NCBI GenBank assembly: GCA_029862005.1
Contig: JAOTYD010000006.1
Location: 5,758 to 69,757 of the forward strand
Origin: Gammaproteobacteria bacterium
GTDB lineage: Bacteria; Pseudomonadota; Gammaproteobacteria; GCA-001735895
Length of the DNA stretch: 64,000 nucleotides
Reading direction: 5' to 3'
Part shown: one piece after another, positions 20,883 through 31,066 of the stretch
Layout of the letters: each line of letters opens with the position of its first letter
Numbering within the stretch: the first letter of the stretch is position 1
Made by a program: the position numbers and the translations under genes
Notes under the pieces: generated by a model
Told to the model about the DNA's origin: nothing
The model's input: the letters and a program-made list of their open reading frames with translations, nothing else
Database searches by the model: none

Positions 20883-20898
20883 AGCAAGAAACAGACCA
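20883..20898 (-). promoter_or_regulatory. Candidate sigma54 promoter of fliD
   Basis: Minus strand TGGTCTGTTTCTTGCT. Confidence 0.6.
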
Positions 20899-20904
20899 GA
20901 TTTA

Positions 20905-21318
20905 CTAGGTACTATCGGAAAACAGTAATCCCTGCCCTATTTCACTTTGACTCACTGCATCTTCCTGAAATTCACGAAGCTGCGACGCGATTGCCAGTAC
21001 TTCCTCAGTCGGAATCTGTCGAATTAATTCTCCACTTTCCGTATCAACGACCCGAATTACGTATTTACCGCTGCCCTCATCCATGTTGAACGACAAATCC
21101 CGCTGTACACTTTGTACGATCTCGTTGATCTCGCTAACCGCCTGGCGAACCTCGGCGGTATTTGCAGCCTGTGGCGGTTGTTCTTTACCGTTAATCGGCA
21201 AAGCCTGGCCACCATTATCTGGCAAACTGGCTACGTCAGTCGTCGCGACCTGCCGTGAGTTCGTAGCTGCGCCGCTCAATCCCCTGAGTGACGCTATGCT
21301 TGAAATCTCGTTAGCCAT
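20905..21318 (-). CDS. flaG: Flagellar protein FlaG
   Basis: VIRVVDTESGELIRQIPTEEVL motif; lies between fliC and fliD. Confidence 0.93.
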   Translation of the reverse strand: MANEISSIASLRGLSGAATNSRQVATTDVASLPDNGGQALPINGKEQPPQAANTAEVRQAVSEINEIVQSVQRDLSFNMDEGSGKYVIRVVDTESGELIRQIPTEEVLAIASQLREFQEDAVSQSEIGQGLLFSDST

Positions 21319-21340
21319 GTTAATTCTCCGCTTTAAGAGA

Positions 21341-21366
21341 TGACTGGCATGAGATCATGCCAGTCA
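21341..21366 (-). terminator. Strong hairpin just after fliC (terminator or mRNA-stabilising stem)
   Basis: TGACTGGCATGA-GA-TCATGCCAGTCA, perfect 12-bp stem. Confidence 0.65.
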
Positions 21367-21379
21367 CTCATTCACCTGA

Positions 21380-22750
21380 TTACTGAAGTAAAGCCAGGAC
21401 GTTCTGCGGTAAGGCATTGGCTTGCGACAGAATCGCAATACCGGCCTGCTGCAGGATCTGGCTCCGCGTCAGCTCGGCGGTCTCAGCCGCGAAGTCCGCA
21501 TCACGGATCCGTGAACGCGCTGCCGACAGGTTCTCGGAAGTCACGCTCAGGTTGGAGATGGTAGACTCGAAACGGGTCTGTACCGCACCCAGTTCTGCAC
21601 GAAGACCACTCACCTGCTGTAAAGCAAAGTCAAGCGTCAGCAAAGCCTTATTTGCGTTAGCACCGGTCAAAACATCGGTATTAGTAAGCTGTTGATCTAT
21701 CTGAGCAGCAGTACTAAACGTCACAGCAGTACCTGCTCCACTACCATCATCATCAAGTGTTGCAAACGTGCCAGCAGCGGAAAATGCACCTTCTGAGACT
21801 GCGCCTGCTAAAATAATGCCTGAGTGATAAACTTCATCACCCCCAAAGGTACCTGTGCCTTCAACAATTGTTATATCTGAACCATCTGTATTACTCAGAA
21901 TAACACCGCCACCACCATCAACAACGGCGGTTACACCCGTTTGGTTTGATAACGAGTTTAGTGTTGCTGCATCGGTTGCATCCACACCTGTCAAAGTAAC
22001 TTGCACACCATTGACAGTTACAGTACCTAGACCAACGGCAAGAGCACCAGTAGCAGTTGTAGTTGCCTTAAGCGCCTGCACACCTGAATTAGCACTTACT
22101 GCATTAATTGCTGATACAACATCATTAATGGTTGTTGCAGTGGTTAAATCAATACTTGTCCCGTTAATTATATGATCAGTTGCTGCAACAGCCAGTGCTA
22201 AATTTGTTTCAGTGATCGAGGTAGTTGTCAAAACACGTGCGCCTAACTGAGAAGTCCGTGAATCAACACCATCAACCTGGATTGTTTGGTTCTGGTTAGC
22301 GCCAACCTGGAAGGTCAGTGTCGACAATGTGCCATCGAGGATGTTCTGACCGTTGAACTGGGTTGCATTCGCGATTCGATTCACCTCCGCGATCAGCTGA
22401 CCCACCTCATTATTCAGTGCCTGACGGTCTGCCGACGAGTTAGTATCGTTGATCGACTGGACTGCCAGTTCGCGAATACGCTGCAGCGAGTCACCGGTAG
22501 TACTCAAAGCACCTTCCGCAGTTTGCGCAAACGAAACACCATCGTTGGCATTTCTGATTGCTTGATTCAAACCCCGAATCTGGGTAGTGAAGCGTTCTGA
22601 AATCGCAAGACCTGCTGCATCATCTTTTGCACTGTTGATGCGCAGACCTGTTGACAAACGCTGTAGCGAAGTAGCCAGGCTACTCTGCGAACCGTTCAGG
22701 TTCCGCTGCGCCGTTAACGACGCAATGTTTGTGTTAATAATCTGAGGCAT
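21380..22750 (-). CDS. fliC: Flagellin
   Basis: INTNIASL..RLSTGLRINSAKDDAAGLAI; SRIRDADFAAETAELTRSQILQQAG. Confidence 0.98.
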   Translation of the reverse strand: MPQIINTNIASLTAQRNLNGSQSSLATSLQRLSTGLRINSAKDDAAGLAISERFTTQIRGLNQAIRNANDGVSFAQTAEGALSTTGDSLQRIRELAVQSINDTNSSADRQALNNEVGQLIAEVNRIANATQFNGQNILDGTLSTLTFQVGANQNQTIQVDGVDSRTSQLGARVLTTTSITETNLALAVAATDHIINGTSIDLTTATTINDVVSAINAVSANSGVQALKATTTATGALAVGLGTVTVNGVQVTLTGVDATDAATLNSLSNQTGVTAVVDGGGGVILSNTDGSDITIVEGTGTFGGDEVYHSGIILAGAVSEGAFSAAGTFATLDDDGSGAGTAVTFSTAAQIDQQLTNTDVLTGANANKALLTLDFALQQVSGLRAELGAVQTRFESTISNLSVTSENLSAARSRIRDADFAAETAELTRSQILQQAGIAILSQANALPQNVLALLQ

Positions 22751-22837
22751 TTTTTCTCTCCTAAGTCACGCTTCAACAAGCGCCAAATTTAAGTTACGGA
22801 CAATCCGAGAGCTATATGGATTAACCGCTCAAGGGCT

Positions 22838-22864
22838 TTAGCGGCCAAAAGAGAATAAACTTTA
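22838..22864 (-). promoter_or_regulatory. sigma28 promoter of fliC
   Basis: TAAA-N15-GCCGCTAA on the minus strand. Confidence 0.85.
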
Positions 22865-22876
22865 AGAAATTTTTGG

Positions 22877-24076
22877 TTATTTGAGGAAGTTAAACAGCGA
22901 GGAACTGGTAATCCTTGCAAACACGGCCTGCGCGGCGTCGAGCGTGGTCTGTTCGAGGGTTAGCTGGCTGATCGCCTCGGCGAGGTCGGTATCGCGCAGG
23001 GTACTCAGCATGGATCGCGTGACAAAAACCTGCGCCTCGTTATCTTCGCGCTGGGCTTCGAGGGCATTGAGCCTGCCCCCAATGCGGGTACGGGCATTGA
23101 GAGAATTTTCGAACGCGCTATCGAGATCGGCCAGCGACTGACCGATATTGGCAGCCCTGGCGTCGGCGGTCGGAGCGGATTTCAACGTCTCTGACAGGCT
23201 CGCGACAATTGAAAAGACATCCTGGAATTGCCCGGCACTGACGGTAAACACGTCACCCGCGGCAGGCGCACCGGTAATCGAGGTCCTGATTCCCTGGAAG
23301 TTAATGTCCTGACCGTCGGTATAGGTAGCGCCGGTGACGATGTTAACGGCAGCGGTGACATCGAAGACATCATAAACGCCCGGTGCGGTAAAGCGGATTT
23401 CGTAATCACCGGGTACGTAAAGCGAATTATCGACGACGCTGGCCGGTGCGATAATGCCGGTTCCAAGGTTCGCGGGGTCCGGAATTTCGCGCAGTGCGTT
23501 GGCAGAAGTTACTTCCATAAAGATTTCACGCCCGGGTATATCGACCGGAAGCTGCCGATTCTGACTGATCTGAACCGACCGGACACCGTCATCGCCATTG
23601 AAATTTACGAAATCTCTAGATCCGATCACCGCTTTCGTAAATGGGGCACTGTCGTTCTGATATCCCGCAAAAAGGTAATCGCCGTTACTGTCGATCGTAT
23701 TTGCCAACGACAGCAGCTCGTTAAGGCGCTCGTCGATCTCTGCCGCAATGGCGTTTCGTGACGTCTGATCAAGCGGTGCATTGTTGGCCTGGATCGCCAG
23801 CTCACGCACCCGGATCAGCAGGTTGTCAAAATTTGCCAGCACCGCATCCTGCTGGTTCAGGCGCTGCTCCGCAAGATTGATGTTTGACTGGTACTGCAGG
23901 TTCAGCGAAACGGTCTGCTCCAGCTCGAGCACCTTCGATGCGGCGGCCGGATCGTCAGATGGTTTGCTCAGGCGAATCCCGGTCGAGATCTGCTGCTGTA
24001 GCTTGGCCAGCTTCACCTGCTGTTGCTGAAAGGCTTCCAGGCCCTGGGTATATATTTGTCGTGTTGAAATTCTCAT
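22877..24076 (-). CDS. flgL: Hook-filament junction protein FlgL
   Basis: MRIST..; KPSDDPAAA; NGDYLFAG; SLFNFL C-terminus. Confidence 0.96.
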   Translation of the reverse strand: MRISTRQIYTQGLEAFQQQQVKLAKLQQQISTGIRLSKPSDDPAAASKVLELEQTVSLNLQYQSNINLAEQRLNQQDAVLANFDNLLIRVRELAIQANNAPLDQTSRNAIAAEIDERLNELLSLANTIDSNGDYLFAGYQNDSAPFTKAVIGSRDFVNFNGDDGVRSVQISQNRQLPVDIPGREIFMEVTSANALREIPDPANLGTGIIAPASVVDNSLYVPGDYEIRFTAPGVYDVFDVTAAVNIVTGATYTDGQDINFQGIRTSITGAPAAGDVFTVSAGQFQDVFSIVASLSETLKSAPTADARAANIGQSLADLDSAFENSLNARTRIGGRLNALEAQREDNEAQVFVTRSMLSTLRDTDLAEAISQLTLEQTTLDAAQAVFARITSSSLFNFLK

Positions 24077-24078
24077 GC

Positions 24079-26001
24079 TTATCTTACGCTATCCAGCAGT
24101 GTTTCAAAGATAACCTGGGCGGTACTGATAAGACGGGCCGTTGCTTCGTAGGCCTGTTGATAACGCACCAGGTCAGCAGCTTCTTCGTCCAAATTGACCG
24201 AAGCTTTAGAAGCTTGTCGATCGACCGCCTGGAAAAGCAGTGCCTGCTGGGCATCCCGTTCCAGGTTTGCGGCAAGCGTCTGAGAACCGACGAAACCAAC
24301 CAGCGAGCCGTAGGTTTCCTGAAAACTGGCAATGCCACCATCGAAAACACCGGCATTCTGCAGGTTGGCGAGGTTTAGCGCATTGCGATTGTCGCCGCTA
24401 CCGCCCAGGTTGGCTTCAACCGTAAAGATATCGCCCGCCTGGGGGGCACCGTTCAGGCTGACCTGCCAGCCATTCGAATCGATCACCATGTTGTTGCTGA
24501 ACGGAATCGCCGCGCCGGCCACGTAAGGCACTCCGGCGACAACGACGTCGGCATCGGCACGCAGCGTGGTCGGCGGATTATCGAACGTCAGCGTGACGGT
24601 ATTAAGCAGGTTGGCATTGGTAACATCGGTAACGATACCGGGGCTGATGTCAGCACTGCCGAGGTTGTTCAGTGATGCACTGCTGCGAATCGGCAGCGCC
24701 GCGGCAATGGCAGTGGGATCGGTGGTAATCACCTGCAGGCTCCCGGCGCCGGCCAGGGTTGGCTTGATCGTAAACCGGTCACCCGCAACCGCCGTGGCGC
24801 CGTTAATTGTCAACGTTATTCCCTCGAAAACCAGCGTAGCCGGGGCGCCGTTGGCAACGCTGGCACTGCTGCCACTATCCGAGGTCAGGGTCCAGTTCAC
24901 ACCATCGAAGGCGAGTTGATAGTCGTCCGTGGTCAGGGCACTAACGTCGCTGACGACGGTTGATACCGTTGGCGTTCCCGCATTCGTCGAATAGGCGATG
25001 GATTGCGGCGCCGTGTAGCTGAAAAAGTCCTGCCCGAGATTACCATTCAAATCCATACCGTCGCGCATCTGCGCATTAAAGGTTTCGGCAAGCCCGATCG
25101 CGGTGCGACCCAGGGCGTTGAAGGTCGGGTCAAGCACACCGTCACGGAAATCAAGCAGACCCCCGAGCTCGCCACCGGACAGGTTGGCGCTGATATCGTA
25201 AACCGTAATCAACCCGTTATAGGCGATCACGTCGCGGGTCGGGTCGCTGACGTCGGGCTGCGTACTCAGGGAAAAACTGGTGACCCCGTTAAGCATGGTT
25301 TGACCGTTACCGAGAAATATAGACAGGTTATTTTCGCGCTCGTCGACCACGGTAATATTGACCTTCTCGGAAAGTTCGTTCAGCAGTGCATCTCGCCGAT
25401 CAAGCAGGTCCGCGGCCTGTTGCGTCGAAGCAGCTGAAGGCGCTAAATCATTAAGGCTGACGTTGATATCTCGAATCCGGGTAACCAGCGAATTGATTTC
25501 GTCAACGACATTACGAATTTCACCTGTCGTGTTGCGTTCGAGTTCCTCGAAGCGGTTGTTGATACTCTGAAACCGGCCAGCCAGGGTTTGCGCCGTGTTG
25601 ATCAGGGCATAACGTGCCGTACTCGAGGCCGGGTCATCGGCAATATCCTGTACCGACTCGAAAAAATCATGCAGTATCGGGCTGATACCCCCGTTGGGAT
25701 CAGCCAGTACATCGTCGACACGCGAGGCCAGCTCGCTAAACTGGGCCACGCGTGCATAAGCCGACGTCGTGTCGCGTACCTCGCGCGTCAGGAATTGATC
25801 GTAGGCGCGGCTAATCCCCTCGATCTGCACCCCGTTACCGTAGAAATTACCGCCAAAAAATGACGGATTGTTGGTGCCGAACTCGACGGTTTGACGGCTA
25901 TAGCCCGGCGTATTGACATTGGCAATGTTGTGGCTCGTGGTGTTGAGCGCTCGCTGAAACGACAGTAAACCGCTCACCGCGGTATTGAGAATATCAGGCA
26001 T
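24079..26001 (-). CDS. flgK: Hook-associated protein FlgK
   Basis: HNIANVNTPGYSRQ; VNLDEEAADLVRYQQAYEA. Confidence 0.96.
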   Translation of the reverse strand: MPDILNTAVSGLLSFQRALNTTSHNIANVNTPGYSRQTVEFGTNNPSFFGGNFYGNGVQIEGISRAYDQFLTREVRDTTSAYARVAQFSELASRVDDVLADPNGGISPILHDFFESVQDIADDPASSTARYALINTAQTLAGRFQSINNRFEELERNTTGEIRNVVDEINSLVTRIRDINVSLNDLAPSAASTQQAADLLDRRDALLNELSEKVNITVVDERENNLSIFLGNGQTMLNGVTSFSLSTQPDVSDPTRDVIAYNGLITVYDISANLSGGELGGLLDFRDGVLDPTFNALGRTAIGLAETFNAQMRDGMDLNGNLGQDFFSYTAPQSIAYSTNAGTPTVSTVVSDVSALTTDDYQLAFDGVNWTLTSDSGSSASVANGAPATLVFEGITLTINGATAVAGDRFTIKPTLAGAGSLQVITTDPTAIAAALPIRSSASLNNLGSADISPGIVTDVTNANLLNTVTLTFDNPPTTLRADADVVVAGVPYVAGAAIPFSNNMVIDSNGWQVSLNGAPQAGDIFTVEANLGGSGDNRNALNLANLQNAGVFDGGIASFQETYGSLVGFVGSQTLAANLERDAQQALLFQAVDRQASKASVNLDEEAADLVRYQQAYEATARLISTAQVIFETLLDSVR

Positions 26002-27046
26002 GGTCCTTCACCTCCGCGTTGAGTCTGGCGAGCGATCGTTGCATTACCTCGCCATTGAGAATGTTCAGTACCTTGTCAGCATATTGCGGGTCGGTCGCGT
26101 ACCCGGCTTTGTGGATCTCGCGGATGTAGGCCTGATCGTCGCCCGCCTGCTCTAGTGCCTGGCGGTAACGGGGATTGGTACGGATAAATTCAACGTAATC
26201 AGCAAAGCTTTGCGCGGGCGAGGCGTAAACCCGGAAGCTCGATACCTGGTTTTGCAGGACGCCATCCCGGAACTCCAGCGATGCCTTTTGTAACGAACTT
26301 CCCTGCCATTCGGGCCCTGCCTTGATGCCAAAAAGGTTGTTGCTGCTGCCGCCGTCGGCCAGCTTCATCGCGTACTTGCCCCAGCCTGTCTCCAGTGCCG
26401 ACTGCGCAATTAACAATCGGGCGCTGACGCCCAGGGTATCGGCGGCAAGCTGTGCCTGCGGTAGAATATCGGCAATATAATTATCCGGATTCTGCCAACG
26501 ACTGTTGGCTCGCTCGATACGTGAGACCTCGGCGAAATCATCATTCACTACCCTGCTGGTGCGTACGGTTGATGTTTCAGTCGCGGTCTCGATGGGTGCC
26601 CTGGCCGGATTGACATTCGCATCCAGGACAACTGGCGTCTTCTCCACTGCCGTATCTGGATCCAGCGACACGGCCGTCACCCTGGGTAGATCCAGGTCGA
26701 GAACAGTCGCGGTCTTGGCCGGTTCTGTCCCGTCAGCCGGTATATTTTCGTTGCCTGGCATATTTTGCAGAATCAATTTAGCAACACCGAGACCACCCTG
26801 TTTGGCGATACTTTGTGCCAGCTGTTTGTCGTACATTTCCTGGTAAAAATCCATGTAAGAGCTGTCCTGGGACGTATCGAGGTTCGCTGCCGAGCGCATC
26901 GCTGCCAGCATCTGCTGCACGAACAAACCCTCGAATTGCTGTGCGACCGCCTGCCCGGCGTCATCAGAATTGTTGCGAGCACGCAGTTTCATATCACCAA
27001 ACTGCTGAAAATTAAGGAAGAATTCCGCCTTGCTGGGAATCGACAT
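25994..27046 (-). CDS. flgJ: Rod cap / muramidase FlgJ
   Basis: QFEGLFVQQML..MRSA rod-binding domain; AQSALETGWG, NNLFGIKA, GYATDPQY. Confidence 0.95.
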   Translation of the reverse strand: MSIPSKAEFFLNFQQFGDMKLRARNNSDDAGQAVAQQFEGLFVQQMLAAMRSAANLDTSQDSSYMDFYQEMYDKQLAQSIAKQGGLGVAKLILQNMPGNENIPADGTEPAKTATVLDLDLPRVTAVSLDPDTAVEKTPVVLDANVNPARAPIETATETSTVRTSRVVNDDFAEVSRIERANSRWQNPDNYIADILPQAQLAADTLGVSARLLIAQSALETGWGKYAMKLADGGSSNNLFGIKAGPEWQGSSLQKASLEFRDGVLQNQVSSFRVYASPAQSFADYVEFIRTNPRYRQALEQAGDDQAYIREIHKAGYATDPQYADKVLNILNGEVMQRSLARLNAEVKDHA

Positions 27047-27058
27047 GAACGTTTCCGC

Positions 27059-28162
27059 CTATATTACGATCAGCTCGGCGCTCAATGCCCCAACCTGTTT
27101 AAGCGATTCCAGGATCGCAACCAGGTCACCCGGCGAAGCACCCACCTGATTTACGGCACGCACGATTTCGCTCAGGGTCACACCCCTGGGAAAGCGGAAC
27201 ATGCGGCTATCCTCGGCGGTAACCTCGATGTCGGACTGCACATTTTCAGTCGTGGTGCCGCCACTGAACGGACCCGGTTGTTCAACGTCTACCGTGTTGG
27301 TAATCGTTACAGACAGGTTGCCGTGCGACACCGCGGCCGAGTAAACCTTGACGTGATTTCCGATGACAACCGTCCCCGAGCGCGAATTGATAATCACCTT
27401 GGCTGGCCCCTCACCCGGCTGAAATTCGAGGTTTTCGATGAAGGACATGAAGCCAACGCGTTGCGAGACATCCCTGGGCGCGTTAATCGTGATTTCAACG
27501 CTATCCTTGGCGCGCGCATTGTTGGGTCCGAGAATCTGGTTAATGGTATCGGCAAGACGCTTGGCGGTCGTAAAGTCCGGGCGTTTCAAATGCAGGGTGA
27601 GTTTTTCACTCGATGCAAATGGATTCCTGATTTCACGTTCGATGCTGCCACCGCCGGGGATTCGACCCACGCTCGGTACGTTAATCGTTATCGAGGACCC
27701 ATCGGCACCCTCAACACCGAGGCCACCGACGATCAGGTTGCCCTGGGCGAGCGCATAGATATTGCCATCGGCACCTTTCAGCGGCGTCATCAACAAGCTG
27801 CCGCCGCGCAAACTCTTGGCGTTACCCAGCGATGACACGGTGACATCGATGGTTTGACCAATTTTTGCAAATGCCGGCAAATCCGCGTGCACCGACACCG
27901 CCGCAACGTTCTTCACCTTAGGATTCACATCGGGCGGCAAGACAATCCCGTACTGCGACAGGAAGTTTTTCAAACTCTGTACCGTGAACGGGGCCTGTGA
28001 AGTCTGGTCTCCCGACCCATCGAGACCCACGACCAGGCCATAGCCAACTAGCTGGTTATCTCGAACGCCCTTGATCGAAGTGACGTCCTTGATGCGCTCG
28101 GCCCAGGCGTTTTCTAAAAAACCTATAAATATCAGTAAGATAAATAACCTTGCAAGCTTCAT
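27059..28162 (-). CDS. flgI: P-ring protein FlgI
   Basis: [25 protein letters not shown]; [12 protein letters not shown]. Confidence 0.97.
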   Translation of the reverse strand: MKLARLFILLIFIGFLENAWAERIKDVTSIKGVRDNQLVGYGLVVGLDGSGDQTSQAPFTVQSLKNFLSQYGIVLPPDVNPKVKNVAAVSVHADLPAFAKIGQTIDVTVSSLGNAKSLRGGSLLMTPLKGADGNIYALAQGNLIVGGLGVEGADGSSITINVPSVGRIPGGGSIEREIRNPFASSEKLTLHLKRPDFTTAKRLADTINQILGPNNARAKDSVEITINAPRDVSQRVGFMSFIENLEFQPGEGPAKVIINSRSGTVVIGNHVKVYSAAVSHGNLSVTITNTVDVEQPGPFSGGTTTENVQSDIEVTAEDSRMFRFPRGVTLSEIVRAVNQVGASPGDLVAILESLKQVGALSAELIVI

Positions 28163-28171
28163 ATCAAACTC

Positions 28172-28861
28172 CTAGAGTGGGAATACCGGGCTGTCGAAAA
28201 AGCGTGACAACCAGCCCCTGGTATTAGATTCGGCAATGACGCCACCCCCACCGTAGTAAATACGCGAGTTCGCCACCTTGCTAGAAACCACGATATTGTC
28301 GGTGCTGACGTCTTGCGGGCGCACGATACCCGAGATGCGGATGAATTCTGATCCCTGGTTCAAGCCTATAATTTTTTCGCCGCGCACCAGCAGGTTGCCA
28401 TTGGGCAGTACATCGACCACGGTAACCGCGATCTCACCGCGCAAGCTGTTACTCTGGGCACTATCCCCACTGCCGGAAAATGCCCGTTCCGTGTCGATTT
28501 GATTGGTCAATGCCAGGTTGCCATCAATGGTAGGCCCGGTGCTGCCGAAGATCGCAGACGCGCTGATATCGATTTCGTCATCCTTGTCGGTACTGGTTTC
28601 CGCCGACTTGGAGGCATTGGTTGACTCCATCAGGGTCACGCTGAGCACATCACCAATGCGAAACGCTTTATTGTCTTCGAATAGTCGAACAGAACGTCCC
28701 GACTGGAAAATAGAACCGTTTTCCAGGGGCTTGAATTCGATTGAATTCAGATCCACCGGCGCGTACTGCGGATCAGGCTGAACCACTATCCTGGTCTGTG
28801 CGCAACCCGCTGCGAGGCTAATTAGTAATAGTGAGTATACTAATCTGGCTATACGGCTCAT
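28172..28861 (-). CDS. flgH: L-ring lipoprotein FlgH
   Basis: Lipobox AAGC; LFEDNKAFRIGD; VLPNGNLLVRGEK; GWLSRFF. Confidence 0.96.
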   Translation of the reverse strand: MSRIARLVYSLLLISLAAGCAQTRIVVQPDPQYAPVDLNSIEFKPLENGSIFQSGRSVRLFEDNKAFRIGDVLSVTLMESTNASKSAETSTDKDDEIDISASAIFGSTGPTIDGNLALTNQIDTERAFSGSGDSAQSNSLRGEIAVTVVDVLPNGNLLVRGEKIIGLNQGSEFIRISGIVRPQDVSTDNIVVSSKVANSRIYYGGGGVIAESNTRGWLSRFFDSPVFPL

Positions 28862-28869
28862 CGCGTCAC

Positions 28870-29655
28870 CTAGGTGTTGTTGTTGAGGTATTGCAGCATG
28901 CCATCGGCGGTCGCAATCAACTTCGAATTCATTTCATAGGCGCGCTGGGTTTCGATCATGGAAACCATCTCCTCGACAATATTGACATTCGATCCCTCCA
29001 GTGAACCCTGTCGCAATCTACCCAGTCCACTTTCTCCGGGTGTTCCCTCTTGTGGAGATCCACTGGACGCCGATTCAATATAGAGATTCTCGCCGATAGG
29101 TTGCAGGCCGGTCGGATTGATGAAATTGGCAATCTGGATGGTACCGATGTTGGTGGGTGAAGCCTGGGTCGGCAGCTGCACGCTGACGATGCCGTCAACA
29201 CCGATTGTTATCGTCTGGGTATCTTCAGGCAGGCTAATGCCAGGCTGCAAATCATAGCCGCTGGCGGTAACCAATTGCCCCTGGTCGGAGATCATGAAAG
29301 TGCCATCACGAGTGTAAGCCTGGGTGCCATCCGGCAGTAAAACCGAGAAAAAACCCTTACCATCGATGGCGACATCCAGCGATTTACCGGTATTTTCGAT
29401 ATTTCCCTGGGTATGGATCTTTTCGGTTGCGACCACCCGGCTACCCGTCCCCAGCATCAAACCCGAGGGTAAACGGGTGTCTTCGGAGGATTGTGCACCG
29501 ACCTGGCGCAAATTTTGATATAAAAGATCCTCGAATACTGCGCGCGTTTGCTTGAAACCGGTGGTGCTGACATTGGCAAGGTTGTTGGAAATCACCGAAA
29601 GGCGCATCTGCTGCGCATCGAGTCCGGTTTTTGCAACCCATAGGGCCTGGTTCAT
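28870..29655 (-). CDS. flgG: Distal rod protein FlgG
   Basis: 261 aa; [25 protein letters not shown]; [24 protein letters not shown]. Confidence 0.96.
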   Translation of the reverse strand: MNQALWVAKTGLDAQQMRLSVISNNLANVSTTGFKQTRAVFEDLLYQNLRQVGAQSSEDTRLPSGLMLGTGSRVVATEKIHTQGNIENTGKSLDVAIDGKGFFSVLLPDGTQAYTRDGTFMISDQGQLVTASGYDLQPGISLPEDTQTITIGVDGIVSVQLPTQASPTNIGTIQIANFINPTGLQPIGENLYIESASSGSPQEGTPGESGLGRLRQGSLEGSNVNIVEEMVSMIETQRAYEMNSKLIATADGMLQYLNNNT

Positions 29656-29691
29656 GTTACGTCTCCATCGATTGGTTCTGCTGAAGAACTA

Positions 29692-29707
29692 TGCAGTTAC
29701 CATGCCA
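29692..29707 (-). promoter_or_regulatory. sigma54 promoter of the flgG operon
   Basis: Minus strand TGGCATGGTAACTGCA. Confidence 0.75.
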
Positions 29708-29824
29708 ACTCGTTTTTCAGTTGACCGGCAACTTGAATCAAGCGTCTACTTGACTGGCGTCACTTAAATCCTGCTTAAATTCTGTACCCTGATTTTTGAC
29801 CGAAATCCTAAGGGGGGTGGTATC

Positions 29825-30268
29825 ATGGCAAAGACAAAAAAAGCATCGGTAAAAAAGAAACCAGTCGCTAAAAAGGCTGCCGCGAAAAGCAAACGGCCTT
29901 CGATTAAAAAGTCAACTGCCCGCAAGGGCAGCGTAAAAAAGAGGAAAGCCCCGTCAAAAAGTAAAGTTGCCGCAAACACCCGCCAGGCTCTGCTCAAGAA
30001 ACTGCGGGCCGATTTAAAGGCGACCCGTACCAGTCTTAAAGGTGCGCGATCCGCCGCGAAGGCAGAACTCAAACTCGTCAAGGCGACGGCAAAGGCTGAA
30101 ATTGACGTCTTGAATGAAAATCTGAAGGCTGCATTAAAAAGGGAACAGGCGCTGTTAAAACTCGGGGAAAAGCGGGCAAAAATGATGCTCGCGGCCGGCC
30201 AGCGCTGGGAAAAACAGCAGGTCGCTAAAATCAAGAAACTAACAGCGAAAAAGATAAAGTCTAAATAA
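29825..30268 (+). CDS. Very basic Lys/Ala-rich protein (histone H1-like composition)
   Basis: KKASVKKKPVAKKAAAKSK N-terminus, then a basic coiled coil. Confidence 0.7.
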   Translation: MAKTKKASVKKKPVAKKAAAKSKRPSIKKSTARKGSVKKRKAPSKSKVAANTRQALLKKLRADLKATRTSLKGARSAAKAELKLVKATAKAEIDVLNENLKAALKREQALLKLGEKRAKMMLAAGQRWEKQQVAKIKKLTAKKIKSK

Positions 30269-30292
30269 CGTTAATCCCGGCATCTAGGATAA

Positions 30293-30718
30293 ATGAGCAT
30301 TAAAGTCGAAGAATTGATGACGAAATCGGTCATCACCGCCCAACCGCATCAAAGCGTCGAGCATGTCCGCCACATGCTTGAGAACAATTCGATCAGTGCC
30401 GTACCCGTGGTTGACAGCGACGGCCACCCGATCGGTATCGTGTCGTTAACCGACCTCGTCCATGAACTCAAGCCGGGTGCCCCGATCAGCCAGATTATGA
30501 CCGAAAAGGTGTATACGGTGCCGCAATATGACGATACCAGCATCGCCGCAAGAGTGATGCGCAATCACAAGATTCACCGGGTGGTGGTGACACACGAACA
30601 GAAAGTCGTCGGCATGTTGAGCGCTTTCGATTTACTCAAACTCGTGGAGAGCCACCGCTACGTGGCCAAAAATCCGCCGACACCGTCGTCGAGGCGCAAA
30701 GGTAGCAAACGCCGCTAG
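30293..30718 (+). CDS. Stand-alone CBS-pair protein
   Basis: Two CBS repeats (ISAVPVVD..GIVSLTDL; IHRVVV..GMLSAFDLL); basic tail. Confidence 0.9.
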   Translation: MSIKVEELMTKSVITAQPHQSVEHVRHMLENNSISAVPVVDSDGHPIGIVSLTDLVHELKPGAPISQIMTEKVYTVPQYDDTSIAARVMRNHKIHRVVVTHEQKVVGMLSAFDLLKLVESHRYVAKNPPTPSSRRKGSKRR

Positions 30719-30805
30719 CGGTCAGCTAAAGGCGCAAGGTTAAGCTTCGTTATTTAATGACGCGGTGAGGCGACGATCTCGTTAAAGAGAGCAGACAAGC
30801 AGGGT

Positions 30806-31051
30806 TTAGATAGGCTCGAGCGGCGGATCCAGCAGGTTGAAAAGGCGTTCCATGTGTTCGATCGCTTCGCGCCCGCTATCGGTGAGTTGTCCTCCCTCGG
30901 CGGTGGTAATCAGGCCCTTTTCAAACATGCGTTCGGCCGCCGCGATCACTGCTGGGTCCGGGTTATCGTGCACATTCATCGCCACCGGCCCCCCCATACT
31001 GAAACGCCGGAGCAGGTTTAATTCATCGATAAGTTCGGGATCAATATGCAT
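30806..31051 (-). CDS. TIGR02647-family-like small protein
   Basis: PELIDELNLL..F..VH..P.VIAAAERMFEKGLIT..GG.LT..G matches the family pattern as I recall it. Confidence 0.7.
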   Translation of the reverse strand: MHIDPELIDELNLLRRFSMGGPVAMNVHDNPDPAVIAAAERMFEKGLITTAEGGQLTDSGREAIEHMERLFNLLDPPLEPI

Positions 31052-31066
31052 ATTCTTCCTCCTCCA

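Noticed and set aside
29764-30234. 156-aa minus-strand Phe/Ala-rich ORF
   Set aside because: It is the antisense mirror of the Lys/Ala-rich gene (AAA codons read as TTT).
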